Assembly: GCF_006345805.1 (NCBI RefSeq)
Contig: NC_043008.1
Location: 49,724,001 to 49,788,000, forward strand
Reading direction: 5' to 3'
DNA length: 64,000 nt
Source: Octopus sinensis
Lineage: Eukaryota
Numbering within the stretch: position 1 is the stretch's first letter; the number at the start of each line of letters is the position of its first letter. Position numbers and translations under genes: made by a program. Of the stretch, positions 12,592-26,560 are shown in pieces. The notes beneath the pieces were generated by a model. It was not told where the DNA came from. It saw only the letters and a list, made by a program, of their open reading frames with translations, and ran no database searches.

Positions 12592-13790
12592 TTGGACACA
12601 TAAGAGGTGCAGCAATATCAAATGAAGGCTAACTGGGAAGATAGCTTTTGTATGTGGCAGATGCTCAGGAGCAATAAACACTGGAAATGCGCATAGAACA
12701 ACTTCCGCCACATTCCAGGGAAAAAAACTAGAAGTAGTTGATAGCTTCCGTTACCTAGGTGACCAAGTCAGTAGCAGGGGCGGGTGCAATGAAAGTGTAG
12801 CTGCTAGAATAAGAATAGCCTGGGCAAAGTTCAGAGAGTTCTTACCTCTGCTGGTGACAAAGGGCCTCTCGCTCCGATTAAAAGGTAGATTGTATGACGC
12901 ATGTGTACGAACAGCCATGCTACATGACAGTAAAACATCGCCGTGACTGCTGAGGACATGTGTATGCTCGCAAGGAATGAAGCCAGTATGCTCCGCTGGA
13001 TGTGTAATGTCAGTGTGCATACTCGACAAAGTGTAAGTACCTTGAGAGAAAAGTTAGACCTAAGAAGCATCAGATGTGGTGTGTAAGAGAGACAACTGCG
13101 CTGGTATGTTCATGTGGCGAGAATGGATGAAGATAGTTGTGTGAAAAAGTGCCACACCCTAGCGGTTGAGGGAACCTGTGGAAGAGGCAGACCCAGGAAA
13201 ACCTGGGACAAGGTGGTGAAGCACGACCTTCGAACTTTAGGTCTCACCGAGGAAATGACTAGAGACCAAGACCTTTAGAAGTATGTTGTGCGTGAGAAGA
13301 CCTGGCAGGACAAGTGAGACCATAACCCATGGCCTCTACATGGGATGTAGCCAGTCCACTTATGCATAACTTTCCTTCTTGGGACACAAAACTCTACTTG
13401 TGAAGACCTGTTGAGGCAAGTGAAAATTGAAATCGATCAACATCAATGGAAATTGCAGCTGTAATACCAGTGCTGGTGGTATGTAAGAGAACCATCCAAA
13501 CGTGGCCGTTGCCAGCACTGACCCGACAGGCCTCGTGCCGGTGGCACGTAAAAAGCACCATCTGATCATGGCCGTTTGCCAGCCTCGTCTGGCACCTGTG
13601 CCGGTGGCACGTAAAAAGCACCCACTACACTCACGGAGTGGTTGGCATTAGGAAGGGCATCCAGCCTTAGAAACATTGCCAGATCAACCTGGGCCTGGTG
13701 CAGCCTTCTGGCTTCCCAGACCCCAGTCGAACTGTCCAACTCATGCTAGCATGGAAAGCGGATGCTAAACGATGATGATGATGATGATGA
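12592..13790 (+). mobile_element. 5'-truncated RTE-clade LINE
   Basis: Similar to the 3' part of 31100..34090 (VVDSFRYLGD, RLYDACVRTAMLH), with the 3' UTR repeats and (GAT)n tail. Confidence 0.9.
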
Positions 13791-13852
13791 TATATATATT
13801 ATATATATATATACACATATATATATACATATATATATACATATATATATAC

Positions 13853-13919
<67 letters not shown>

Positions 13920-14019
13920 ATATATACATATACATATATATATACATATATATATACATATATATAATATATATATATACATATATATATATATACATAT
14001 ATATATTATATATATATAA

Positions 14020-14090
<71 letters not shown>

Positions 14091-14091
14091 T

Positions 14092-14124
<33 letters not shown>

Positions 14125-14141
14125 CATATATATATACATAC

Positions 14142-14173
<32 letters not shown>

Positions 14174-14211
14174 TATATATATAATATATATATATATATA
14201 TACACATATAT

Positions 14212-14284
<73 letters not shown>

Positions 14285-14317
14285 TATATTTACATAAGGT
14301 CTAGTGGCTAGCGATCT

Positions 14318-14363
<46 letters not shown>

Positions 14364-14370
14364 TAGAAAA
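13790..14370. repeat. Large compound (TA)n/(TATACA)n microsatellite
   Basis: About 580 bp of almost pure TA with CA interruptions; source of several spurious IY-rich ORFs. Confidence 0.98.
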
Positions 14371-14689
14371 TACATAGCAAAGGTACAAAAGTGTTTTAGT
14401 GTTAGAATTCTTGAGTAGCCACACCTGCATTTTCCTGGAGGCTTAATAAACCTTGGTCCCTTGCAAAAGATCATCACAAACAGATTTGGAAAGTGTGTAA
14501 AAAGGGAAGCAGGTACCTCATGAGCTGTACCCTGAGAATAAAGCAGTGCATTCAACAATTTCCTAATCAAGAATAAACAGACATCTTTTCTTAACTGATA
14601 TATATTGGGTAATGAGAAATAGATATGCCAATAAAATGTCTGAGAAGCACTGGCTATTGTCAAATGAATTCCAGTTCCAACATCCAAAG

Positions 14690-15310
14690 AAGATTTTGCA
14701 GTGCATTTAGTGGAATACAATAGACATTGTTCACTTTGAATTATTGGAAAAAGGGAAAAGTATCACCACAGAATTCTATTTTGCCAACAACTTGAATGTG
14801 TCTATCAACTTTTGCTCAAAACAACAATCAGATCCTGTCAAGGGAGAGGAACTCATACTGCAACATGATAAATAATTTCAAATTTTGGCACAAGGCCAGT
14901 TTTTGAGGGGAATGACTAGTCAATTACATCGACCCCACTACTTGACTGGTACTTGTTCTATCAACCCCTAAAAGATAAAAAGTAAAGTCAAGCTTGGCGG
15001 AATTTGAATTCTACAACATAATGCATAGTCGCATTCAGTGAAGATAAGCTAAAATTTTTTTTTAAATGGATAAACTCATTGGGCGAGGAAGCTCTGTCTC
15101 ACCCTCTCTAATCACCAGACCTAGTGCCATCTGATGTTTACTTATTTAGATCACTTGGACATATTACCAGTGGAAAACCATTCTAAAGCAGAGACAGTTT
15201 TGAAACACCGTAAACATTTTCTTTTCTGAAGAATCTAAATTTTTGCCTGAGAAATCAGAAAAACTGGTTTAGAAATCGTAAAAATGCTATTCCTTATGAT
15301 GGCAATTATA
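14690..15310 (+). mobile_element. Decayed mariner transposase fragment interrupted by a SINE piece
   Basis: Reads HPL*SPDLVPSDVYLFRSL near 15100-15160, resembling HPPYSPDLAPSDYHLF; SINE-like sequence at about 14890-15020. Confidence 0.6.
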
Positions 15311-15970
15311 TTTTGAAGGAATTAATATATTTATGATATGAATTATGATAATTTGAACTCATTACTCAAAAGGCAACCTTACTTTTTGGTAGCTCTGATA
15401 TAACGAAGGAAAAGATTCAAAATAATTAATGATTTAAGAATGGCTGATTAATAACTTACATTTTGTCTCCAAGAATTCATCTCTTGCTTCCTTTTTGCCT
15501 GTCTTTTTATGTCTTTCCCTCACTTTGTTTACACACACACAAATATATATTTACAAATGCATGTATGTGATATACCTTTCTTTCAGTGTTACAAATAAGC
15601 TATATATATATATATAGAGAGAGAGGGGGGTGAAGGAGAGAGAGGGGGAGAGAAAGAGAGAAACAGACAGATAGTTAAAATGATTTTGATACAAAGAGAG
15701 ACAACCAAGCAGTTGTTTGTAATTGTAAATGTTTCCAAATTTAGTCAGTTAAGGCTGGCCCAATGGTTAATCCCGCTATTTATGAACTTGTCCAGTTAAG
15801 TCGAATACAAAAGAAATAAAAGAAATGAAAGATATAAAAAGAAAAGACAATTAGGATGTTGTTTTTACTGGGTTTTAATAAAGAACAATTATATATATAC
15901 ACGCCCATATATAGATAAGCATACATGAATACACAGATAAATCCATTATAAATACAAACACAGTCCTAAA

Positions 15971-16008
<38 letters not shown>

Positions 16009-17689
16009 TAAACACGCACACATACATCAATAAGGAAGAGAAGCATTCTCTCAAGTGGCTACCTAAACCAATCCTTGACATAGCAAAGCTCAGCTGCACA
16101 TTCCAATCCTACAGCTTAGGCTTGGATTTTGGACCACAGTGACTCAGCAGGCTAAGACTGCTGTGGTGACCATCAAGCTGTGGATTTTATATAGTTATTT
16201 ATATCTATAATCAGTGCAAATAATGAGACAATATAATGAAGGAAGAGAACTTAGAATGTTTTCTGAATGAAACTTCAGAATCTGGTTGAGGGGAGATAAG
16301 CATTTGTGATGAGAGATATATAATGACATTTTTTTGGCAGAGTTGAAATGACGTATGTATGTATATATATACATACAGAAAGTTAGCAAGGTACGAGACA
16401 GGTAATCTCGTTTACTTCCTGTTAATGAACGAGATGAGTTAATCTCATTGACCTCCTGTCAAAAAGAGAAAAAGGAAAATCCAGAGGAGAGTTGAATATA
16501 CAGCAACGGCATTGCATGGATAGTAAAAAATATGAGAGAGAGCTCATACGGATCGGATCGTTTACAATATAACTTTGAACAATCAAATACTGGACATGAA
16601 ATTCTTTGGAGATTAACTTATTTGCAAATGGATCCCTAAAATATCAAATATATCTTTTAATTGACTTATATAAAATACATTTTTGTTACATAATTTCATC
16701 CTTGTTGTTGCATTCAGAAGTTCATTCCTTTTATAGCTAAGAATTTGCTTGATCGTAACAATATATAATAATAATGTGAGAGGATTTGGTATCCAGAAGA
16801 CCTAAAAGGCAAGTATGGCTATGTAAGAGCTGTGGAAAGACCACTGTTAAGCTCCCAGTTCAATAACAGCATGAATGAGGAGTCTAAGGCAGGTCATATG
16901 TAAGCATGTATATGTTAAATAAAGGAAGATAACAAGGCCAAGACAATGTGATATTCCTAGGCCATTTATAAATAGAAAAGTGGTCTTACAGCTGTTTCAG
17001 GAAAATAATGATATCCCATCATCAGAGATGAGTTAACCTGTCTACCGATGTTAGTTGCTTTTCCCTACTGCTTATATTATTTGATTCTGCTGATTTCTCG
17101 TGACTCTTTTTTTTCTTGTTATTCTAAGCAGAATAAAAGCAGTATCAAATATTATTTTCCTAGATATTTATCAGATATAGAAAAGATAAAATTGTGTTCA
17201 ATTAATTTGCTAAATTTTAGATAAAATAGGAAAAATTATGAAAATATTCCTGTAAATTTGTGTGGTATTGCATCATCTTCAATCTGCTAAATAGAAAAAT
17301 TGTATACACAATGGAATATTTGATATTTGACTCCCAGAGATATAGTCCACAAGATTTGTGATTTGTATCTTATAGCATGAATATCCTTAAACAAAACACT
17401 TCATTATCCTTGTTTCTCTTTCCTTCCCTCGCTTTTATTTGTTCTCATTTCATTTGTTTCTACTTGACTTATGTATTGAAATTACCTCGCTTTCAATTAT
17501 GCTAAATTAGGAAATTAACTGACATCAAAGATCCTGTATGGCTTATGCTTCATTTCATTGACATCATAATGCATTATACTTGTATTAACCCACTTCACCT
17601 TGACACACCACAAGACAATCTCTTATTGTTTCATTGTTGAAAATTAACATTTTCCTCTTTATTTGTTTCTTTCAGGATGCTTAACCTAA

Positions 17690-18470
17690 CATTAAGAGGG
17701 CTTAATGGTAAACCTAACAAAGTCGAAAATTTTAGTAAGTAGGAAAGAAGGCATGACCCTGGTACCATCTGGGAAATGGCCTTGCTCAATATACAGAAAT
17801 AGAATAAACATAAGCTTCATACATAATAGATACACTGAAGCAATATGTAGGAGTTTACAGGAAATCGTTTCTCTTAAGTGTCCAGATGGCTTAGGACAAG
17901 TAGGTGATAGCTTTTATTCCTTTGAGGATGTTATTAGCAAAGAAGGCAGCTGCTTTGAAAGTATAGTAGCAAAAATAAGAACAGGTCGGAGAAAGTTCAG
18001 GGAGTTACCACCATTGCTGACAACAAAGGTCTTTTTCCTAAGAGTGAAGGGTAGATTGTATGATGCTTGTATTAGAAGTGCAATACTGCATGATATTGAG
18101 ACATGGGCTTTGAATTCAGAGGATTAGAAAAGATGAGGGGAGCATGCTCTGCTAGATGTGCAATGTGAGTGTGCATGAAAGACACAGGAAAAAAGTGAGA
18201 CAAAATTGGGCATTAGACGTATCAGATGGTGTGTGCAAGAAAGATGATTGTGCTAGTATGGACATGTGATGCGCCTGGACAAGGAGAGCTATACAAAGAA
18301 GTGCAGATTGCTAAATATGGGTGGAACTTGCAGAAGAGGGAGATACAGAAAGACATGGGATAAAGTAGTGAAGGCTGTCCTCAGGACCCTAAGTCTCACA
18401 GAGAAGCTGACAAAAGGCTGGAATGTCTGACAATATGAGGTTCTCAAAAAGACACACCCTCCTCAGTGAA
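17690..18470 (+). mobile_element. Older, decayed RTE LINE 3' fragment
   Basis: ORF 17705..18127 (VNLTKSKILVSRK...RVKGRLYDACIRSAILH) aligns to the RTE RT C-terminus at 32600-33100. Confidence 0.85.
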
Positions 18471-20084
18471 ACTAAGTCTAGAAAGTGCTATGTTTAATAT
18501 GCTCTCCACCCATAAGTTACAGTGATTCACCCCCACCTTTGAAACAATGTCTCTCTCTCTCTCTCTCTCTTTCCATCTTTGGCCAAATGTATCATCATTA
18601 TTACCCTGCTGCCTCTTTCTTCCTCAATTCATGGCTCATCAATCATCCATTCTTCAAACTGACCCAATTTTTACAGTTTCAATCTGCCTCTCCATACTCT
18701 CATCTCCTGCTCCCATATGCAATCTCGTAAATCACCCACCCACCCACCAACTTCTGTTCTACTTTTGCCTTGTGGGGAACACCTGGGCCTCTATTCACCA
18801 TTATCTCTTTGAAGGTCCAACTGTTCAATTCATTTTCTCTTTTTCCCTGTCTCCTGCTAAATGTGAGAAACCATACAGATCCCCCACAAGAACCCTACTC
18901 TACTCTCCCTCTCACTCTCTCATGCTTTAACCCCTCATCTAGCATAAAGCTGACCACCACCTCCCACCAGGTTTCATTGTCCTGTAAGCTATATAGGAAC
19001 TTCACTAGAGTTGGTGTCATAATATGATCAGTGCCATACTTAAACTATGATGGTGGAAGTTAATTTTGGTGTCATATCCATTATAAACTTACCCTCTAGT
19101 ATTAAATATAATAAAATCATGGGATATTATGTCATATGGTGAATTGAAATGCATTGCATGTTATGGTACATGGTGTGCTATATGTAATACTTTTCCATGA
19201 TAACTCCTGCCTATTTAGTCTGACTTCATCATATTTTTGGTGATTACACTATTTTCCTTTCTAAGATGTTCTACCCTACTGATCATATTAAGTTTTTCAT
19301 CAGAACTAGAGGATAAAAAAATTACATGCCTATTGCTATTATTGTAGCAGAATGAACTTAGGGAGAAAATACCTCAAATATAAATTACTCCAAATTTCGA
19401 CCAGCCCACTCCAGACCAGTCTATTGATACAACCTACACCAACCATTCGCCAGTGACAGCAATAATCACCAGCATCTCCTAAGCCACAACAACAATCTCT
19501 AATTGTAGGCAATTGACTACATCATCATCTCCCACTGCTGGAGGTAATTTTTCACTAACTGCCAGGTCTACAGAGATCAACTCAGCAATACCAACCATTA
19601 ACTGCCGACTGTGACACTCAAGTTGAAGTGGGCCCCACCACAAAGTACCAGGTCCGCCTTAACTCATCCTGTTTCTGTGATCCCAACATCACTTCTACTC
19701 TTACACATTATATTGCCAATCACTTCAACACTCTGGTCAAGGATGAGACCAATAACTGGGATCTCTTTAAATCAAGTATCAACTAGTCTGCACTTGATGT
19801 CTTGGTAAACTCAAGACCTCTTTCTAAGTGACCCTGAATTTCATAGCAGATGCAGGAGAGAATCAACTGCCACTACAAGGCTCACCAGCACAGTAAAATG
19901 AATAAGTACCACCACCTCAAATGGATATGCAACAAGGCCATCACAGATAAGTGGGAGACATTCTGGACAGAAAAAGCCAAGTGCCTAGAGGCAGCAGCAA
20001 AGAACAGCATCAGCCACATGTTCAACATGCTCCGCAGAGCTCGTGCTGGTCCCCAGTACAAGATGAAAAATCTTGGATTAATAT

Positions 20085-20160
20085 GAGGACAGAATATGCT
20101 CAGAAAACTACTTTATTGGGGACAGCAAGGATTTTGAGACAGTTTAATGTTAGGTCTCAT
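20085..20160 (+). mobile_element. Short remnant resembling the C-terminus of R4/Dong-type (RLE) retroelements
   Basis: AQKTTLLGTARILRQ resembles the QKxxLLGTARILR terminal motif (recalled, not searched). Confidence 0.45.
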
Positions 20161-21499
20161 GTAAGAAGATACTGTTTGACCCTTGATCATAGGTCGTTTC
20201 CCACTCTTACAGAATCAGCCAGAGCAAGTGAAATCAGAAGCTCTAAGGAGTGTATTTACAACAATACTAATAAATATATAAATGCATAAATAAATAAATA
20301 ATAAATTTAAACAGGAGAAATAATTTAATTTTTTTTTTATTCTTAATTTAAGAATAATGAGAAATTGTTCAATGTATTAGTTATAAAATTATTCATGACA
20401 TAATATATTATTCAAATTTTATTGGTGAAAGCATCATTGATTGAAAGAGTAAAAAAATAATTTCCAAAACTTCTTTAAACAGCCAAATTGTTAAACATGG
20501 ACATTTTATTGTCATGAAGAAAGAAGGCTACGAATAACCCGCTTTTTTGCCTGTCCTTGTAATTGTTGTTTCTCTTGTCCACTTTTGTATCGTCGATCTG
20601 TCTGAATGTTTTTAGTGTCCTCTATTGCATTTTTGTTCAATTTTTATATTTATATATACATATAGCAGCGTACATACACACTTGTGCTCACCTTATAGTA
20701 GGTGTGTATCTAAATTTTGTATGACTCTTACTCTATCTTGTAGTCCCCTCTCTCTGTCTTCCTTTTTTCTCTCTCCTCTCTCACATTTCTTGGCCCTCTA
20801 TTTCTTTAACGCCCACTATTTCCCACTTGTTTATTTCCCCTGTACCTTTTTCTTTGTCTGATTATTTTTCTAATCCTTCAATCCTGCTGCCCCCTACCCA
20901 TCTCTCCTCCTTCCATAAGACCAGTGTCCTGGCCAGCCATGATCTTTCTTTCTTGGCCTGACCATCAACTGCCAACACCTCTTATGTCCATCTTCTATGT
21001 TCCTGCCTTTAGGCTCTCCATACACACCAGCTCAGTTTGATTCGTTCTCAGTCGAAAGACACCTGTTGTTATTTCTTTTGTTTGTATTCGTAATTGTGTA
21101 CCATGTTCTCCGTTTTTTGTCTTTGTTGTCGTACACATTCGCTAGCTTTCTTACAACGGGGTCTAATGCTCTTAGCTTAGACTTTTTTGGAGGCAACCAG
21201 ATCGAACCACCTCAAGTGTAACTGCCTGAAATGGTCATGATGCCTGGTACTTGACTGAAGAAAGAAGCCATGAATGACCTGTCTTTTTTTGCCTGTCTTT
21301 CTAACTGTTGTTTCTCTTGTCTGCCTTTGTATTGTTTATCTGTCCGAATGTTTTTAGTCTATTTCTTTTTTTTCCATTTTCATATTTGTTTTATATATAT
21401 ATATATATATGCATATATGTATGTATCAGTGGCATATAGTAGTTGTCGTATTGGGTGTGCTGCCACACCCAATGCAACAATTATTGAAACCAAAAATCA

Positions 21500-22470
21500 A
21501 TATTTTGTTGCAAATTAGGGTTTAAAGAAACTTTGCAGTTAAATATTTTTTCAGGCTCCGCAAAGCAATTGAAAATTTTTTAAATCACTATTTTTGGTTG
21601 AATTTTAAATTTCATGGATTATAAGTTGTAACAAATACATATTTCTACATAGAATGCAAAACAGTAAGTATAGTATCCTTAAGAGGTTGCATGCCAAATT
21701 TCAATACAACTGGCTAATATCTTGAGGTTCCACATTGACTAAAAGAGAATGGGTGTGTGAGCTTCTCTCCAGTGCCACTGCAACAGTCATTGTGTGTAGA
21801 TGTATGTCGTACGTGTGTGAAGTTTTCTGCTTTGTACTTTGACTTTAGGCCATTGCATTAAAATTAATGATCGTGTTAAATTTAGTGTTGTTTACATGTA
21901 GTGATGACCTCATAAGCCAATAATACATCTTGGTATTGAATGCCCAATATTTGGTACTCCATGTGATCTTAGCGAGCAAGTTTTGTCAACTTACAAGTAC
22001 ATACTAATGTATTTTTGATTTGAATGAGAAAAAGAAAAGAATGTAGTTGAGAGAGATCCTTCAATTAAACAAATTGTCAAGATTGTTGCAGAAAAGATAA
22101 TTCTTCTTTGGCAAAAGACATCAATCCCTTGAGCTATGATTGAGTCAGTTAAACCAAAAATCTTAAACTTTTATCCAAAGTACCAAGCATTACTAAAATC
22201 TGTGAAAAGTAGAAAAAAATGTACCATTGTTTCAAACAGAATGTAATGTGTTTAAAAATTTTATTTGACAGTTCCTGCAGAGGCAAAAAAGTACCACAGA
22301 GAGAACACGATTTTCTATATGATCAACAGACAAATCAAAAAATAATCATTGGCAGAATAGATCAAGCAGTATCTAAACAGAATGTTCAGAGGTTGATTAT
22401 AAAGAATCGGCCAGATCACAGTCACACTTCTACATCAGCAAAGGAAAGTTTAAGATTTTCAGTTTAACTG
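21500..22470 (+). mobile_element. Probable DNA-transposon relic, family uncertain
   Basis: ORF 22219..22467 has KKVPQREHDFLYDQQTNQKIIIGRID, a motif I associate with transposon-borne invertebrate proteins; no intact ORF. Confidence 0.35.
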
Positions 22471-22839
22471 ACTCAGTCATAACACAAGGGATAGATACCT
22501 TTTGCTAAAGAAGAATTATCTTTTTTGCTATAATCTTGACAATTTGTTTAATTTATTTTAATATGTGTGTTATTTAGACTGCATGTAACATATTTGGTGA
22601 GGTAGTATTAAAAATAATATGTTAGTACATAGAAATGATAGATAATACTTATAGTACATATAGAGTTATTTTCCTCTTTTATTTCCCAAAATCATTTCTG
22701 TTTTTTCCCCTCAAAAGTCTATTTTATCTCTCATTATTATAATTAAATAACTTATTTATGTCCCTTAATCCCTTATATGTATATTTTTCAAATACGTTAT
22801 AGTATTTTAGCAAAATTTCAATGTATAATATCTCTGAGG

Positions 22840-22950
22840 TCGGCTTTACCTTTCATCCTTTCGGGGTTGATAAATTAAGTACCAGTTGCATACCAGGGTC
22901 GATCTAATTGACTGGCCTCCTCCCCCAAAATGTCAGGCCTTGTGCCTAGA
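22840..22950 (+). mobile_element. SINE 3' fragment, second family
   Basis: GTCGGCTTTACCTTTCATCCTTTCGGGGTTGATAAATTAAGTACCAG...; related sequence in reverse near 49880-50050. Confidence 0.6.
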
Positions 22951-23444
22951 GTAGAAAGGAATGTATAATATCTCCTCACATGAACTTGACATCCTTATAA
23001 ATTATTGTTTATGTTTGAATATTTGAAAACACAGTCGTCACCTTGATTTATTTCATTGTTCAACACCTGAAAGTACACATCTACTTTTGAAGATATCTGA
23101 CTAAATATGGGCTTTTTTTTACATCTAAAATAGTTTGAATGCTGATAATTCAAACTTAAAACCAGACTGAAACATATGTAAAGTTAATTCTTTGCTTATT
23201 TCTTTCATTGATCCGATCCCTTCATATCCTGAATCTTATATGTAATACTTTCTGAATGTGATTTCAAATAAATTTGACCAAGTATCCACAATATTCTTTT
23301 TTCCTCATTTTCTTTTATTAAATTTACATTTATACATATATATATATATATATATATATTTAAGTTACAATACATGGATTCAAGTAATCTTGTAGTACTC
23401 ATAAAAAAGCACTATTTTGTAGGATTTTTTACATTTTGCATTAA

Positions 23445-23664
23445 CCCTTTAGTGTTTAAACCGGCTATATTCGGCCTGAATATTCTACTCATTTTATGCT
23501 CAAACTGGCCAGAACCAGTATCTCACACCTACCCTGCAATGTCATTCTAAAAACAAACAATTACATCTTTCAAATTTTGAAACTACAAGATAATATCAAA
23601 TAAATTTTTTCAATTGTAAATGAATAAGGATTACTTATGACATATTAATTTGAACGCTAAAGGG
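23445..23664. mobile_element. piggyBac-type MITE (220 bp)
   Basis: TTAA on both sides (23441-44, 23665-68). TIRs CCCTTTAGTGTTTAAA and TTTGAACGCTAAAGGG. Lies just 3' of the receptor stop codon. Confidence 0.85.
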
Positions 23665-23857
23665 TTAATGAAGGCATGCAAGATCTTAGAAATTTTCTTA
23701 TTGCTAAGTAAAATTTCATCAAATTGTTTCTCTGTAATTTATGACTCTGTGTGTGTGTGCGTGTGTGATTAGTTGTGTGTAGAATTGTTCAATATCAGGA
23801 TTATCAACGAGATGAGGAGGGGTTTCTATCTATAGCACTACTTTTTCATCAATGTCA

Positions 23858-24164
23858 TCAAATTGCCGTGATGTAATACGCTGATCCTGGATTTTGGTTT
23901 TCATATGGACCCCCAGGGTTTTGCTGTAGAGAGGATAATTGAAATCCAATTTCTTGGTCATAAACTGAGTCTGGATTTTGCGCGGCACACCGGATATTCT
24001 CTTCAGGAAAGGTTTCATAGACTTCATAATCTTGGCCAATTTCATCAACTTGATCAGCTTGGTCGATTTCATCAACTTTATCAGCTTGATTGACTTGGTT
24101 GACTTGACAGACTTGATGAGTTGGCATGTAATCTTTGCTTCTTTTGTTTTTGAGTATATTATAT
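23858..24164 (-). CDS. Receptor gene, right copy: terminal exon (cytoplasmic tail)
   Basis: Acceptor TATTGTCTATTGCAG. A phase-2 start completes the Arg codon from the TM exon. Reads YNILKNKRSKDYMPT...YENQNPGSAYYITAI-stop. Confidence 0.85.
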
Positions 24165-25299
24165 CTGCAATAGACAATATATGTGTGGTGAAAGGTATGT
24201 GTGTGGGTGTGTGCACATGCACACCTGTGTGCGTATATGTCTGTCTGTCTGTATGTATGTACAACTAGATGAAAACATCTCTCTCTTTCTCTCTCCCCAT
24301 TTCTCACTGATTTTTTTGCCCTGTGCATACAAACACCCACTTATATGTATGCATGCATATTTGTGTAAGTGTGCTTGTGTATGGGAATGCACGCTTGTTT
24401 GTGAGTATATATATATATATACAAAGCCCAATATGCCCATCATGAATACCCATCTGATAAGGGTACACCAGATCTATGCATCACAACCATATGTGTACAG
24501 CATGTTGATCTCATCAACATAAACAATACATGACCTTGCAGGTAAGGTCCAGTTAGAATTTTCTTCAGGTTGAGTAGCCTATCCTGCTCAAAAGATCCCC
24601 AAATAAGGTTTTTTTAAGGATGAACAAAACACCCATAGTTCCGGCGTGAATTATTCAAGCACCAAAGAATTCCCCTCAACACATGGCTATGATGCTCCCC
24701 CATTACTTCTGCTCATGATTAGAGATGCACATATTGTCAGCCACAAAAGCAAATAATGCTCAAGTAGTTAAGATCAAGCAACTGACGAGCAAATCTGTGG
24801 TATTGAGCAGAATATTTGCTGTAGTCCATCCTTTATAGCAAGGCAAAACAACATACATTTTATGATGCACAAAGGAAACGTTAGATCCTATTTTTTGATT
24901 ATCTGGTTCCTACTCAGCACTAGAGTAATGTGAAGTGAAGTGCTTTGCTCAAAAACACCACACACCACCCAATCTGGGAATTGAACCCATCATCTGACAA
25001 TCATGAATGCAACACACTAACCACTAGGCCATGCCTGATTGAAATCTTGAAAACTATTTCTGAGACATGCTCTGCAACAGCATCCTTTCTGTACATGGTG
25101 CATATCTTCCTGTAGGTTTCTGCTACTTTTCTTGTCTTGATTTTTAAAAATAAAACAGCGTGAGGTGTTGATAATTTTTGTTTTCAGTCTCCATTTTCAG
25201 AGTAGTCCTGAGCATGCAAAATACATCCTGTTTTCTCACAAGTTCACAGACTGAAGTTAGATAATCTATAATGATGTAAAGCACAAAATATCGCAAGGG

Positions 25300-25886
25300 A
25301 AGTGCTGCAAACCACCACAAACAACCTCCAAAGCAGGACTTTGCCTAAAGAAGATTATGTTTTCAGTTAGGTGGAACTGGAAAGATGTCATCTTTTATAC
25401 GCTACTTTGGACAGATAGGGCTATCAATTCTGATGTGTACCATAACCAGCTGGACAAATTAAATGCAGTGATCCACCAGAAGCATCCAGCACTTGCTAAT
25501 CATTAGGGTAATGTCTTTCATTAGGACAATGCCAGACTGCACACTTCTATGTAGACATGACAGAATTTACTAGGGATTGGCTGGGTTAATTTGCCACACC
25601 CTCAATATTCAAATATTGAACTGGTGCCTTCAGATTTCCACCTGTTTAAGTTTCTTCAAAATTCATTAAATGAACAGACCTTCAACTCTGAGGAGAATGT
25701 AAAAATTCATCATGAAAAGTTTTTATGCTAGTAAAGTCAAGAAATTCATCGAACAAGGTATAATGGATATTGGAAGATACTGGAACAAAAATATGATTAT
25801 ATCATTGATTGAATAAATCATTTTGTTTAAAACTTGTGCCTAATTTTTGATTAAAACTAGGCACAAGTTTTTTGGCCAATCCAATA
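25300..25886 (+). mobile_element. Decayed mariner element 3' half with right TIR
   Basis: PKKIMFSVRWNWK, FH*DNARLHTS and HPQYSN.ELVPSDFHLF motifs. TIR AAGTTTTTTGGCCAATCCAATA at about 25865-25886. Confidence 0.8.
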
Positions 25887-26524
25887 TCTATATCTATATA
25901 TATAATATAACATGATATGATATGATATAATATAATATAATATAATAATAATGTAATATAATATAATATAATATAATATATATTCATATATTGCTGTCTG
26001 GTTTATGCATTGTCATCCTTTTTCTGCTGACTGCCTTTGAGGTCAGTCACATCTGTTCTGTCTCACCACCTGGCTGGTTAAAATTTTCCCTTTCCTTTTC
26101 CCTTGAGCTAGCTTACTTACACTGTCTAATAGGAGAAAGACTCTGCTTTGTTTTATTTTTGTTGTAATTGAATAATTATTTTCCTTTGGTCCATTGTATA
26201 TGTATAATTCTATTTCTTGTTACATTCGTTTGATAGTTGAAAGACCCTGTCTGTTTGTCATTTCCTTGTGTTTGTATATGTACATTCATTTGCCTTGCTC
26301 AGGGGCTTAATGACTTCAGCTTAAGCCCTTGACCCAACTGGTTTCAAGTAGTATTAAAGAGAATCAGACCAAACTATATGGACATTCTAGACTCCAATTG
26401 AAGAAGCAATTGGCTGCGAATGATCTGTGTATCTTGTTTTGTACTGTTTGCTGTTGTTGTACTATCATCCTTTTCCTGCAAATTTAACTTTGATGATTTC
26501 CGTTTGTTGTGTTTATTACCTTTG

Positions 26525-26560
<36 letters not shown>

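Noticed and set aside
13746-14380. Many IY-, CV- and HT-rich ORFs here and at 1045-1981, 3840-4291, 58181-59143, 61002-61458
   Set aside because: Translations of (TA)n and (CA)n microsatellites.
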